Shown piece after piece: positions 10,702-19,313 of a stretch of DNA of 40,097 bases. The position numbers were made by a program, and so were the translations under genes. The stretch is taken from positions 1 through 40,097 of IMG/VR virus record IMGVR_UViG_3300012953_000070, one strand, 5' to 3'. Source of the DNA: a virus. Taxonomy: Duplodnaviria > Caudoviricetes. The notes beneath the pieces are model-generated. The model was given only the letters and a program-made list of their open reading frames with translations, searched no databases and had not been told where the DNA came from. Numbering within the stretch: position 1 is the stretch's first letter; each line of letters opens with the position of its first letter.

Positions 10702-10713
10702 TTATATTAAATT
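10685..10713 (+). promoter_or_regulatory. Candidate sigma70-like promoter
   Basis: TTGTAA (10685-10690), 17 nt, TAAATT (10708-10713), overlapping TATATT (10703-10708). Confidence 0.3.
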
Positions 10714-10724
10714 ACAGGAGAATT

Positions 10725-10943
10725 ATGAGAGGAATTAGAACATATTATTGTAAATCTTGCAAAAAATGTATTGATTTTAAACCAAATGATGAGCATATAT
10801 GCAAGTGTGGATATATTTTTGGTAAAGCAGTTAATATATCAGATGGTATTAATATGAGAAATAATAAATGGAGTAGTCAAACAAAGGTAGAATTTAATCA
10901 AACAACAATGGGACAAGATATAGCAAATAGGAATAAAAGATAA
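10725..10943 (+). CDS. Small zinc-ribbon protein
   Basis: YYCKSC...HICKCG putative Zn ligands, AGGAG SD. Confidence 0.65.
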   Translation: MRGIRTYYCKSCKKCIDFKPNDEHICKCGYIFGKAVNISDGINMRNNKWSSQTKVEFNQTTMGQDIANRNKR

Positions 10944-11296
10944 TGGCAAAAAGTATGACAGTTCAAAATATTATTGATGCAACAGATGAATCAGTAGGTT
11001 CAAAATCAGAATCATATATGCTTAGATTAATTAATGATGCTTTACTTGATATTGCTGAAAAGAAACAGCATTATGCAAAAGAAGTAACAACAGATTTAAA
11101 GAAAAAACAAAGATGGTATACATTATCTGATGATATGATTGATATAATAAAGGTCGAAATATTAGATACTAATAATAGATATGTAATGATACCAAAATTA
11201 GCTGACCCACATAGAATATTAAGAGCAGATTCAGATTCAAATTCAAGCGCAGAAACATTTACTGCTTCTAGCGGAGATGATGATTCTTTAACATAA
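10943..11296 (+). CDS. Head-tail adaptor-like protein, N-terminal part
   Basis: RLINDALLDIA...RWYTLSDDMIDIIKV matches the N-terminal helix and Y.LP.D segment of podoviral adaptor (tail tubular A-like) proteins. Confidence 0.6.
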   Translation: MAKSMTVQNIIDATDESVGSKSESYMLRLINDALLDIAEKKQHYAKEVTTDLKKKQRWYTLSDDMIDIIKVEILDTNNRYVMIPKLADPHRILRADSDSNSSAETFTASSGDDDSLT

Positions 11297-11305
11297 AGGT
11301 TTATT

Positions 11306-11935
11306 ATGGCAACAAATAAAAGAACATATCCAAATGATTATTTTGCATGGTATAACGATGATAATAGACTTGCAATATTAGCCGAAGATATAACATCATC
11401 AGCAGGGGAAAGAACTTCTGAAAAATATGATACATTTCAAGGGGATGGAAATTTAAGCGGCACTATTTCTTCTTTCGCTGATTATAATTCTACTGTTACT
11501 GGAACAACAAAAGCTACTTGTACTTCTCATGGACTTACAACAGGAGATAGAGTAACTATAACTTCATCTCCAGATGGAGACTTTAATGGTAGTTATTCAA
11601 TAACTAAAATTGACGATGATGAATTTTATTTTTCTAAAACATATGCAGCTGAAGCTAGCGGAACATTTACATCATTATTTGTTAATAACGGATTAAGAAT
11701 AACATATCATTCAAAATATGAAGAAGCAACAGCGACAACTAATAATCTTCAAAGTGATTTAGGATTAGATAGTACTTTACATAATGCTGTTTTATGCTAT
11801 GTAAAAGCAAGGCTATATGAAGATGATGAAGATTTAGAATATTCAGCTTATTATAGGCAAATGTACGAACAAAAAGTAAAAAAATATAGAAGTAGAAGGT
11901 CTGGGGTAAGAGTACTTTCAGTACCTAAATTATAA
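11306..11935 (+). CDS. Head-tail adaptor-like protein, C-terminal part, with inserted beta-barrel (FCCH-like) domain
   Basis: C-terminal LHNAVLCYVKARLYE...AYYRQMYE helices typical of adaptor C-termini. Internal HGLTTGDRVTI...NGSYSITKID module. Confidence 0.6.
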   Translation: MATNKRTYPNDYFAWYNDDNRLAILAEDITSSAGERTSEKYDTFQGDGNLSGTISSFADYNSTVTGTTKATCTSHGLTTGDRVTITSSPDGDFNGSYSITKIDDDEFYFSKTYAAEASGTFTSLFVNNGLRITYHSKYEEATATTNNLQSDLGLDSTLHNAVLCYVKARLYEDDEDLEYSAYYRQMYEQKVKKYRSRRSGVRVLSVPKL

Positions 11936-11953
11936 TAAATAAAAAGGCGATAT

Positions 11954-12094
11954 ATGAATCTACAGGAAAGACTTAAAAATCTTAAGGTTCAACAAGAACA
12001 AGCGAAAGAATTATTTATAAAATATCAAGGCGCAATAGAAGTTCTTGAATCTATGATTGAAGATAAAGAATCTTCAAATAAAAAAAAGAAGTAG
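11954..12094 (+). CDS. Small coiled-coil protein (46 aa, not in the ORF track)
   Basis: MNLQERLKNLKVQQEQAKELFIKYQGAIEVLESMIEDKESSNKKKK. AAGG upstream, fills the gap between neighbours. Confidence 0.7.
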   Translation: MNLQERLKNLKVQQEQAKELFIKYQGAIEVLESMIEDKESSNKKKK

Positions 12095-12119
12095 TTTTTT
12101 GAAATGAAAAGAGGTGATT

Positions 12120-12896
12120 ATGGCAAAATTGCAAGGCAATATTGTTGATAGAGCAATAGTAACTCCTGATAAGCATTTTCCTATACATGATAAGAAAGCA
12201 ATTAAAATAGTATGCAAAGCTATTGAAATTGTAAAACCTACAATGTATATAGATTTAGGAGATACTGGGGAATGGGAGCATTTTAGTAACCATTATTGGA
12301 AAGGTAGAAATGCTAAACCAATGGAAGATTTAATACCATTGTTAGATAAAGATGTAAAAGCGGTTAATAAAGGTATGGATATAATAGATAAGTCCTTAGA
12401 TAAGATTAAATGTAAAAAAAGACATTTTATCCAAGGTAATCACGAAGTATGGCTTGATAATTTTGTTGTTAAATATCCTTATTTAGACCAATACAAAACA
12501 TACAATGCTTTAAAATTAAAAGAAAGAGGATATGAATATCATCCTTATTTTAGAAAGAAGTTGCTTAAAATTGGTAAATTAAATTTTACACACGGGCATA
12601 GAACGGGTATGCATCATGCAAAGGCACATTTAATGATGTACGGAGAATCAGTTATGTATGGACATACACATGATTTGCAAAGACATACACATAGTTCATT
12701 AGGAGGTACAATCAGTGCTTGGAGTTTAGGGTGTTTAAAAGATATTGATATAGATGAAGATTGGTTAAAAGGTAACCTAACAAATTGGAATCATGCATTT
12801 GCAATAATAGATTTTTTTAAAAATGGAGATTACAAAGTAGAAGTAGTAGAAATTATAAATGGTAAAACCTCATTATGGGGTGAAGTATTAACATAG
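12120..12896 (+). CDS. Calcineurin-like metallophosphoesterase
   Basis: DxH (PDKH), LGD, GNHE, THG and GHTH motifs. GAGGTG SD favours the ATG at 12120. Confidence 0.9.
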   Translation: MAKLQGNIVDRAIVTPDKHFPIHDKKAIKIVCKAIEIVKPTMYIDLGDTGEWEHFSNHYWKGRNAKPMEDLIPLLDKDVKAVNKGMDIIDKSLDKIKCKKRHFIQGNHEVWLDNFVVKYPYLDQYKTYNALKLKERGYEYHPYFRKKLLKIGKLNFTHGHRTGMHHAKAHLMMYGESVMYGHTHDLQRHTHSSLGGTISAWSLGCLKDIDIDEDWLKGNLTNWNHAFAIIDFFKNGDYKVEVVEIINGKTSLWGEVLT

Positions 12897-12912
12897 AAAG
12901 CAAGGAGAATAA

Positions 12913-13386
12913 ATGGCAAGTACATTAACGTCAGGTACTATGACAGTCACTTTAGTTGAATCTTTAACATTAAATGGTAAAGACCAAGGCTCTGTAAATA
13001 AGCTATCTATATCTGGAATAAATTCTATATCTAAAACAATAGTAACCACTACAACTGATAAGCTTGAGTATTTAGCATTTGGAACTGGAGTTGGAAAAGG
13101 AACTTTCAATGAAGCAAATGTAAGGTATATGAGATTTACCAATAAAGATGATACTAATTTTATAGTTTTATTTTTTACTAATGAAAGTAGTGATGAGGTT
13201 GGTATTAAACTAGATGCAGGACAAAGCTATATATGGAATGCTGATATTAATGGAGGATTAGTAGATAATATGGATGCAAACTCAGGTGGAGCAGCTTCAT
13301 CTGGTCAATTAGCAGATATAACTAAAGTACAGATACAGGCAGATACAGCCTCGTGTGATGTGGAGATGTTTGTAGCAAGTACATAA
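12913..13386 (+). CDS. Hypothetical virion structural protein
   Basis: 157 aa, beta-rich, S/T/G-rich, AAGGAG SD. Confidence 0.6.
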   Translation: MASTLTSGTMTVTLVESLTLNGKDQGSVNKLSISGINSISKTIVTTTTDKLEYLAFGTGVGKGTFNEANVRYMRFTNKDDTNFIVLFFTNESSDEVGIKLDAGQSYIWNADINGGLVDNMDANSGGAASSGQLADITKVQIQADTASCDVEMFVAST

Positions 13387-13395
13387 TGGAGGAAT

Positions 13396-13761
13396 ATGGA
13401 AACAGATGCAATAGAAGGACTTATAGGCGAATATGGCTGGATGGCAGCTATTGCGTTTGTTTTTTTATTAGGTAGAAATACAATTGAATCTGCAATAGAA
13501 GCTATTAAAGTATTTGCAGGTGATGATTTAAACACAGATGATGTAATTATATTTGATGATAGACCTGCTAGAGTAGTTAGGGTAGGTTTTTGGAAAACAA
13601 TATTATTTGTATATGAAGTAGGATGTAATAACGGAAAACCCTATATAAAAGGTGGAAATAAAGTAGCAGTGCAAAACGATAAATTAAAAGACCATATGAT
13701 AGAAAAACCATTGCCAATGTTAGATTTAAAAAAATGGGATGATTGCATGGAAGATAAATGA
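13396..13761 (+). CDS. Small membrane protein with MscS-like beta-domain
   Basis: Hydrophobic helix WMAAIAFVFLLG followed by DDVIIFDDRPARVVRVGFWKT, resembling the MscS GD.I.i....G.V..Igl..T motif. GGAGG SD. Confidence 0.55.
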   Translation: METDAIEGLIGEYGWMAAIAFVFLLGRNTIESAIEAIKVFAGDDLNTDDVIIFDDRPARVVRVGFWKTILFVYEVGCNNGKPYIKGGNKVAVQNDKLKDHMIEKPLPMLDLKKWDDCMEDK

Positions 13762-13880
13762 TTATTTTTTCTTATTTAGTAGTAACATTTTTAATACTTT
13801 GCTTATGTCTTTTTATATATTTATATACATGGAATTTTTTTAATATAAATTTTGATGATGAAGAAAGTTGGTACGAATGA
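13758..13880 (+). CDS. Small single-TM protein (40 aa, not in the ORF track)
   Basis: MIIFSYLVVTFLILCLCLFIYLYTWNFFNINFDDEESWYE. ATGA overlaps at both ends. Confidence 0.55.
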   Translation: MIIFSYLVVTFLILCLCLFIYLYTWNFFNINFDDEESWYE

Positions 13881-14053
13881 AAGACACATTAAGAGTTTTA
13901 TCTACTTACCCAGAGATAGGTATGGGTACAAGTTTTTTTTCAACATTAATAGGCTTTTTAAAGCTTTTAAACCCTATTCTAACATTTATATCATTATCAA
14001 TAGGTATAATTGTTGGATTAATGACATTATATGCAAAAATAAAGGGAAAATAA
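13877..14053 (+). CDS. Putative holin-like membrane protein (58 aa)
   Basis: Two hydrophobic segments and a basic C-terminus (YAKIKGK). ATGA-coupled start. Confidence 0.6.
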   Translation: MKDTLRVLSTYPEIGMGTSFFSTLIGFLKLLNPILTFISLSIGIIVGLMTLYAKIKGK

Positions 14054-14238
14054 TGATACAAGGATTGGTTGCAAAAAAAATTATAGATTCTATTGTAAAA
14101 AAGGTAATGGACAATAGGGAGTTAAAGAAAATTAAAGATTTAGAAAAAAGAGTTAAAAAACTTGAAAAATTTAGTCATGAGCCAAAAGACTTTATTTGTA
14201 TGTCTTGCGGTTGTAGTGCTAAAGTAAAACGAAAATAA
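14053..14238 (+). CDS. Small basic coiled-coil protein with CxxCxC tail (61 aa)
   Basis: MIQGLVAKKIIDSIVKK...LEKRVKKLEK...CMSCGC. TAATG coupling at 14053 defines the start. The longer 13852 start is unlikely. Confidence 0.6.
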   Translation: MIQGLVAKKIIDSIVKKVMDNRELKKIKDLEKRVKKLEKFSHEPKDFICMSCGCSAKVKRK

Positions 14239-14253
14239 AATAAGGAGATAACA

Positions 14254-14403
14254 ATGTTATCATTAATTACATCGAATTGGGAATGGTTTTTATTGGCTTT
14301 ATATGTTTTAGAAAAAGCTATTAAATTATCACCTTCTAAAAAAGATGACTTGGTTTGGGATATGGTATTAAAACCAATAGTTGCGAAAATAAAAGGTAAG
14401 TAA
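14254..14403 (+). CDS. Small membrane protein, holin-like (49 aa, not in the ORF track)
   Basis: MLSLITSNWEWFLLALYVLEKAIKLSPSKKDDLVWDMVLKPIVAKIKGK. AAGGAG SD and TAATG coupling to the next gene. Confidence 0.7.
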   Translation: MLSLITSNWEWFLLALYVLEKAIKLSPSKKDDLVWDMVLKPIVAKIKGK

Positions 14404-17400
14404 TGAGTAAACAAGCGCTAAAAATATCTGATTTTTCAGGAGGATTGAATAGTTTTTCAGATTCTAAAGATATTCAAAACAATGAATTCCAAGCGCTTGA
14501 TAATGCCGAAGTTGATGAAAATGGCATAATAAGAGTTAGTGGAGGAGTAAGTAGAGATATAGTTTTAAATAATATTTCCACAGATAGTTTTAGATTATCT
14601 TCAATTTTTAATCCAGGAACTGGTTTATATTCTTTCTTTTCTGATTACTCCTCTATGCTAAGTACATATTCTTCGGATATATATGATTATGATTTAGATA
14701 CTCTTTCTTTTGATACTTCATGGACATTAACTGCTGGAGATGGTGTTGGATGGAAAGTATCTGACAATGTTTCTCCATTAAGCCAAACAATAGGAGTTCC
14801 AAGAAGTTATGTTAGTGGAATAGAATCTATAGCAGCGGTAGATGGGAATGATGGAACTCCATCATCTTTAGGTTCTATAAAAACTTCACCAATATTATTA
14901 AAAGCAAATAGTGAGTATACTTTAAAGTTTAAAGCAATGTGCGCAGGTTCTGATTCATGGTTTTATTCAGGATTAAGCATTCCTCCACATATTAAAATAC
15001 ATGATATTTCAGACCAATCAAATCATCTTACATATTTTAGCAATGATGGTAGTGGATATTTACAATCTACAAGCGATGTTACTGCTACTAATTTTTTAAC
15101 AAGCGAACAAGCCAATATGTTTACAACCTCTGTTGGTGGTTGGACTATTATTGGTGGCTCTTCAATAACAGCTCAAAATGTAGCTAATAATGTTACAGGT
15201 GGAACTAATGGAAGTGCAGAAATAAAAGAATATTCTGGCTCTAGCAATAGTATAAAATGTATTTATGTATTATCTGATGCTACTTATATTAAACCATCTT
15301 ACTTAAGCACAGCAGATATTAATTTTGGAGTAAAAAGTCCTGACATATCTGGAACAGACACAGTTAATGGATTTATTGCTGGAGCTTCTTATTACTTAGA
15401 TGTTATGTGTATAAATCCAACTACTAATGCTGGAGACCCTGTAGTTGAAATAAGATGGAAAGATGGAAGTGATTATAAGGTTATTTATAGTAAAGTTTTT
15501 CCACAAAGAACCGAATGGACTCATATTAATATGAATGATTATCATAATGTTGGAAATATTCTTGCACCAAGTAATGACATGTCTTTTAAATCTATAGAAT
15601 TTAGCCTACCATCAGACTTTGATACGGCTAACGATAAAATTCAAATAAGGGTTGGTTCAAATGGAAGTGGAACAAAAAGTTATTGGGCTGGATTTAATTT
15701 AAGAAGAGCTATGATTGAACTTGGAAATGATGTAAAAGTATTTGGACATAATTCAGAATTTTTATCTTACCCTATATCCTATAATATGACTACTAATTCT
15801 TTATTGTTTTCTTCAGGAACTCATTTTGACACTACTCTTCCAAGAGAATATACATACAAATTTACAACAAATAATGTGGCTTCTGAAATAATTGATGGAG
15901 ATAAGTATGTTAAACTTAGGTTTGAAATTGTTGCAGGAAAATGGGGTAGTAGGACTACATATTCTAATTTAGAATTTTATATATCTGACTTAGCTGTCAT
16001 TGGTATTGGAGGAACAAATCATACTTTAGCTTTATCCGAACACCACCCAACAGCAAATCAAACAGATTTAGCTTTAAGTTATTATTCCAAGAATGGATAT
16101 AATCAAACAGATAAAAGTTTATTTCCATTAAAATACTCAGGAATTGCTTTTGCAAACTTTAATTATGTAAATGGAAGATTGTTAATATCAGATGGTAATC
16201 ATCAAAATAACAATAAATCATACCAATATTATTATAATAAATATGCAGATAAATTCTTACTATCTAAAACATTAACATCTCCTCCTAGAATATTTAATGT
16301 AAGTGTCGGAACATACACTCCTTATGCTTCAAATGAAAGATATGATGTGTTGCAAAAATATATTGGAGCATCCTCAAATAATGATGCAAAAATTAATTTA
16401 TATGCTTCAGATACTTGTGAAAATAATTCTTGGGGTGTTATAGGTGGAAACGAAAATGGTCAAGCAAAATCAACAAATCAAGTAGATATGATGGGTGGAA
16501 ATTCATTTATGTTTAATACAACTGCAGATTTAGATAATGGTGGTGGCGGTGGTGCTAAAAAAAGAATTATAATTAATCAAGATGAAATTACAGGTAAAAC
16601 AGATGATATTGCAAATATATATGTAAAACTAAAAGTATATGCTTTAGTTGGGACAGCAAGAGAAAGGATTTATAGTAACAACTATTGGAATGGGTATATT
16701 GATGCTGCAACACCATGGTATCATAATGAAAAAGTAAAAATGGATATGTCTATTTCTCAATTTAGTGATTCAGATTATACTGTTGATACTGACACAGACC
16801 CTCATGATATAGCAAATAATGCTTCTCCACCTATTACAGCTGTAACAACAGAAGATTTGGATACTTTAGAAATGGGAATTGCTACAAACGAAGCTAATTC
16901 AATTAATGGATGGTATACAGAAATGGATATAAATACAAGTTTTCAAGATGGAATGGGAGGATTGGCTGGCCCTATTGGAAACGAAGCTCAAGATGGATAC
17001 CCAAGAAAATATATAAGTTGTATTGTTGAAAAAAATATACCTTTTGCTGACGCACAAGTAGATAAAGATAATAATATTATGATTGAAATAAATGTAGATG
17101 TTGATAATATGGCAGATTTAGACCATGTGAGCTTAGGAAACAAAAACTATGACCCTTCTGGAATGACTCCAGGAGAACCCACGGAAAACTATTTTGGGCA
17201 TTATACTGTAGAACCATATACGTTAGCAAGTGGTTTTAGTGCTTTACATATAGATATTTTAGAATGTGATATGGAGTTTCACTCAGGAACAACAATTAAT
17301 GGAGATAACGTATCTAAAGATGATGTTGGACTTTCTTTTAATTTTGCAGACGTTACATCTGAGCATACAGCTGAAGGATGGGAAGGAACATGGACTGCGG

Positions 17401-19313
17401 CAGTAACTACTGTTAATGTTCATAACGAAGAAAGTTTTTTAAGAAAAGTAGATTTTAATGAAATAGTATGTAGTAATAGTGTTCATGCTCCTGAAATAAG
17501 TCTTGTCCATAGTTCAAGTTTAGATATAAGTGAAATAAAATACTTTAAAGTATATATGAGTTATTCAGATAGTGATATATATTATCTTCAAATGACTTGC
17601 GATATTCAAAATAAAAAAGTATGGTCATCTACAAGTGGTAAAAAACTTCATGCAAATTTTGTATCTGACAATAATCATGCTACTTGGTTGTACCAAACTC
17701 CTAGTAAAGAAAATTTAAATCCAAATGAAGTTTATAGTTATGAATCTGAAACTCAAGTATCTCAAGAAGATGCAGAAAGTGAAGAAACAATGACTGCTCA
17801 ATATAACTGCTCTGTTGTAGCTAATAATCATTTATATGTAGGAAATATAAAACAAAATGGTTTAATAAGGTCTGATACTATGATTAAATCACCAGAAGGT
17901 AGACCAGGGATATTGCCAGCATCAAATGATATTACTTTAGTTTCAAATGATGGTGATGAAATAATTGATTTGCATTTCTTTAAAAACAAATTACTTCAAT
18001 TTAAAAAAAATAGAATATATGTTATTGGAACAGATGAAGGAGATTATTTAGATGAAATATTTGAAAATGTAGGTATTGAACATAAAAGTCAAGTTGTTTC
18101 TACGCAAGTAGGTATATTCTGGGTTAATGAAAGCGGTTGTTATGGATATAATGGGGAAGGATTAACTAATTTTACAGAAGGAAAAATTGCTAAAAAGAAA
18201 TGGAAAAATAGTATATCAAATTGGCTATTATATGAAAATTTAAAACCATCAATAGGGTATTTAAGGAAAGAAAATAAAATTATTATTTGGCCTTCTACAT
18301 ACAATAATTTTTTAACATCTAATATGTATCCAATTGATTATACTGATGGATTAAATAAAGCAGAACAAGATAATGCTAAAAGAATATCAACAAATGAATA
18401 TGGATATTTGTTTGATTTAGATGGTAAAAGATGGTCAATGATATATAAAGGTGTAGATGGACAGATATTAAATGAAAATTTAGAAACAGGTGTTAATTTT
18501 GAAACAACAAGAATGTATGGGATAGGAGAAGATTCTTACAATTCTCCTGTTACTAATTTTGCTTACGACATACATGATAATTTAATATGGGGTACTCCTA
18601 ACCAAGAAGGATTTAAAATATATAAATGGGAAGATGCTCCTTCAACTACATCAGGCATAGGAAATAATGAAAGAGATTTTAGAGTAATAACAAAAGATTT
18701 TGATTTTGATGCTCCATCTATTAAAAAGAAAATATTTAAAGTATATGTAACATTTAAATCATCTTTATTTGAAGCTGATTTTTCAAATAGAAAAGAATTA
18801 ACAAAACCATTTTATTCTGTTCCAAATGTTAAAGCTTATTATTCTATAAATGGTACTAATAATTGGGTAGAGTTTAGCACAACTAAAAGTAAAAATTATG
18901 ATTCTAATGGATTTTCTTTACCGAACACAGAAACAACATTGGCCGCTGGTTTTAGCAATTCTTTAACTAGTATATCTAAAGCTTCATTCGCAGATTCTTC
19001 TATTATAAAGGCTGGAAATATATTAAAAATAGGTGAAGAATATATGCTTATTACAGAGATTACTAGCTCTATAGTTAAACTTGAAAGAGGCTATAATAAT
19101 ACTCAAGCAGTAACTCATACAATAGGAGAAACTGTTGAAGTTTCAGCTGGTGGTGATTGGGTAGAGGCATCATTAAAACCTCAAGGCTCTATTAATAATA
19201 TTAATTCTATTGCATTTAAATTTGCAACAAACACAGATAGCAATAAACCAGTTCCAAGGGGATTTCTTATTAATGATATAACAGTATTATATAGAACTAA
19301 ACGAGTTATATAA
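14403..19313 (+). CDS. Tail nozzle / stabilisation (tail tubular B-like) protein with large insertions
   Basis: N-terminal DFSGGLN...DI..NE...LDN...NG and C-terminal TKDFDF.APSIKKKIFKVYVT...INDITVLYR patterns typical of podoviral nozzle proteins. 1636 aa. Confidence 0.72.
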   Translation: MSKQALKISDFSGGLNSFSDSKDIQNNEFQALDNAEVDENGIIRVSGGVSRDIVLNNISTDSFRLSSIFNPGTGLYSFFSDYSSMLSTYSSDIYDYDLDTLSFDTSWTLTAGDGVGWKVSDNVSPLSQTIGVPRSYVSGIESIAAVDGNDGTPSSLGSIKTSPILLKANSEYTLKFKAMCAGSDSWFYSGLSIPPHIKIHDISDQSNHLTYFSNDGSGYLQSTSDVTATNFLTSEQANMFTTSVGGWTIIGGSSITAQNVANNVTGGTNGSAEIKEYSGSSNSIKCIYVLSDATYIKPSYLSTADINFGVKSPDISGTDTVNGFIAGASYYLDVMCINPTTNAGDPVVEIRWKDGSDYKVIYSKVFPQRTEWTHINMNDYHNVGNILAPSNDMSFKSIEFSLPSDFDTANDKIQIRVGSNGSGTKSYWAGFNLRRAMIELGNDVKVFGHNSEFLSYPISYNMTTNSLLFSSGTHFDTTLPREYTYKFTTNNVASEIIDGDKYVKLRFEIVAGKWGSRTTYSNLEFYISDLAVIGIGGTNHTLALSEHHPTANQTDLALSYYSKNGYNQTDKSLFPLKYSGIAFANFNYVNGRLLISDGNHQNNNKSYQYYYNKYADKFLLSKTLTSPPRIFNVSVGTYTPYASNERYDVLQKYIGASSNNDAKINLYASDTCENNSWGVIGGNENGQAKSTNQVDMMGGNSFMFNTTADLDNGGGGGAKKRIIINQDEITGKTDDIANIYVKLKVYALVGTARERIYSNNYWNGYIDAATPWYHNEKVKMDMSISQFSDSDYTVDTDTDPHDIANNASPPITAVTTEDLDTLEMGIATNEANSINGWYTEMDINTSFQDGMGGLAGPIGNEAQDGYPRKYISCIVEKNIPFADAQVDKDNNIMIEINVDVDNMADLDHVSLGNKNYDPSGMTPGEPTENYFGHYTVEPYTLASGFSALHIDILECDMEFHSGTTINGDNVSKDDVGLSFNFADVTSEHTAEGWEGTWTAAVTTVNVHNEESFLRKVDFNEIVCSNSVHAPEISLVHSSSLDISEIKYFKVYMSYSDSDIYYLQMTCDIQNKKVWSSTSGKKLHANFVSDNNHATWLYQTPSKENLNPNEVYSYESETQVSQEDAESEETMTAQYNCSVVANNHLYVGNIKQNGLIRSDTMIKSPEGRPGILPASNDITLVSNDGDEIIDLHFFKNKLLQFKKNRIYVIGTDEGDYLDEIFENVGIEHKSQVVSTQVGIFWVNESGCYGYNGEGLTNFTEGKIAKKKWKNSISNWLLYENLKPSIGYLRKENKIIIWPSTYNNFLTSNMYPIDYTDGLNKAEQDNAKRISTNEYGYLFDLDGKRWSMIYKGVDGQILNENLETGVNFETTRMYGIGEDSYNSPVTNFAYDIHDNLIWGTPNQEGFKIYKWEDAPSTTSGIGNNERDFRVITKDFDFDAPSIKKKIFKVYVTFKSSLFEADFSNRKELTKPFYSVPNVKAYYSINGTNNWVEFSTTKSKNYDSNGFSLPNTETTLAAGFSNSLTSISKASFADSSIIKAGNILKIGEEYMLITEITSSIVKLERGYNNTQAVTHTIGETVEVSAGGDWVEASLKPQGSINNINSIAFKFATNTDSNKPVPRGFLINDITVLYRTKRVI

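Noticed and set aside
13852-14052. N-terminal extension of the 128-aa ORF in the track
   Set aside because: It overlaps the better-supported 58-aa membrane ORF. TAATG coupling points to a start at 14053.
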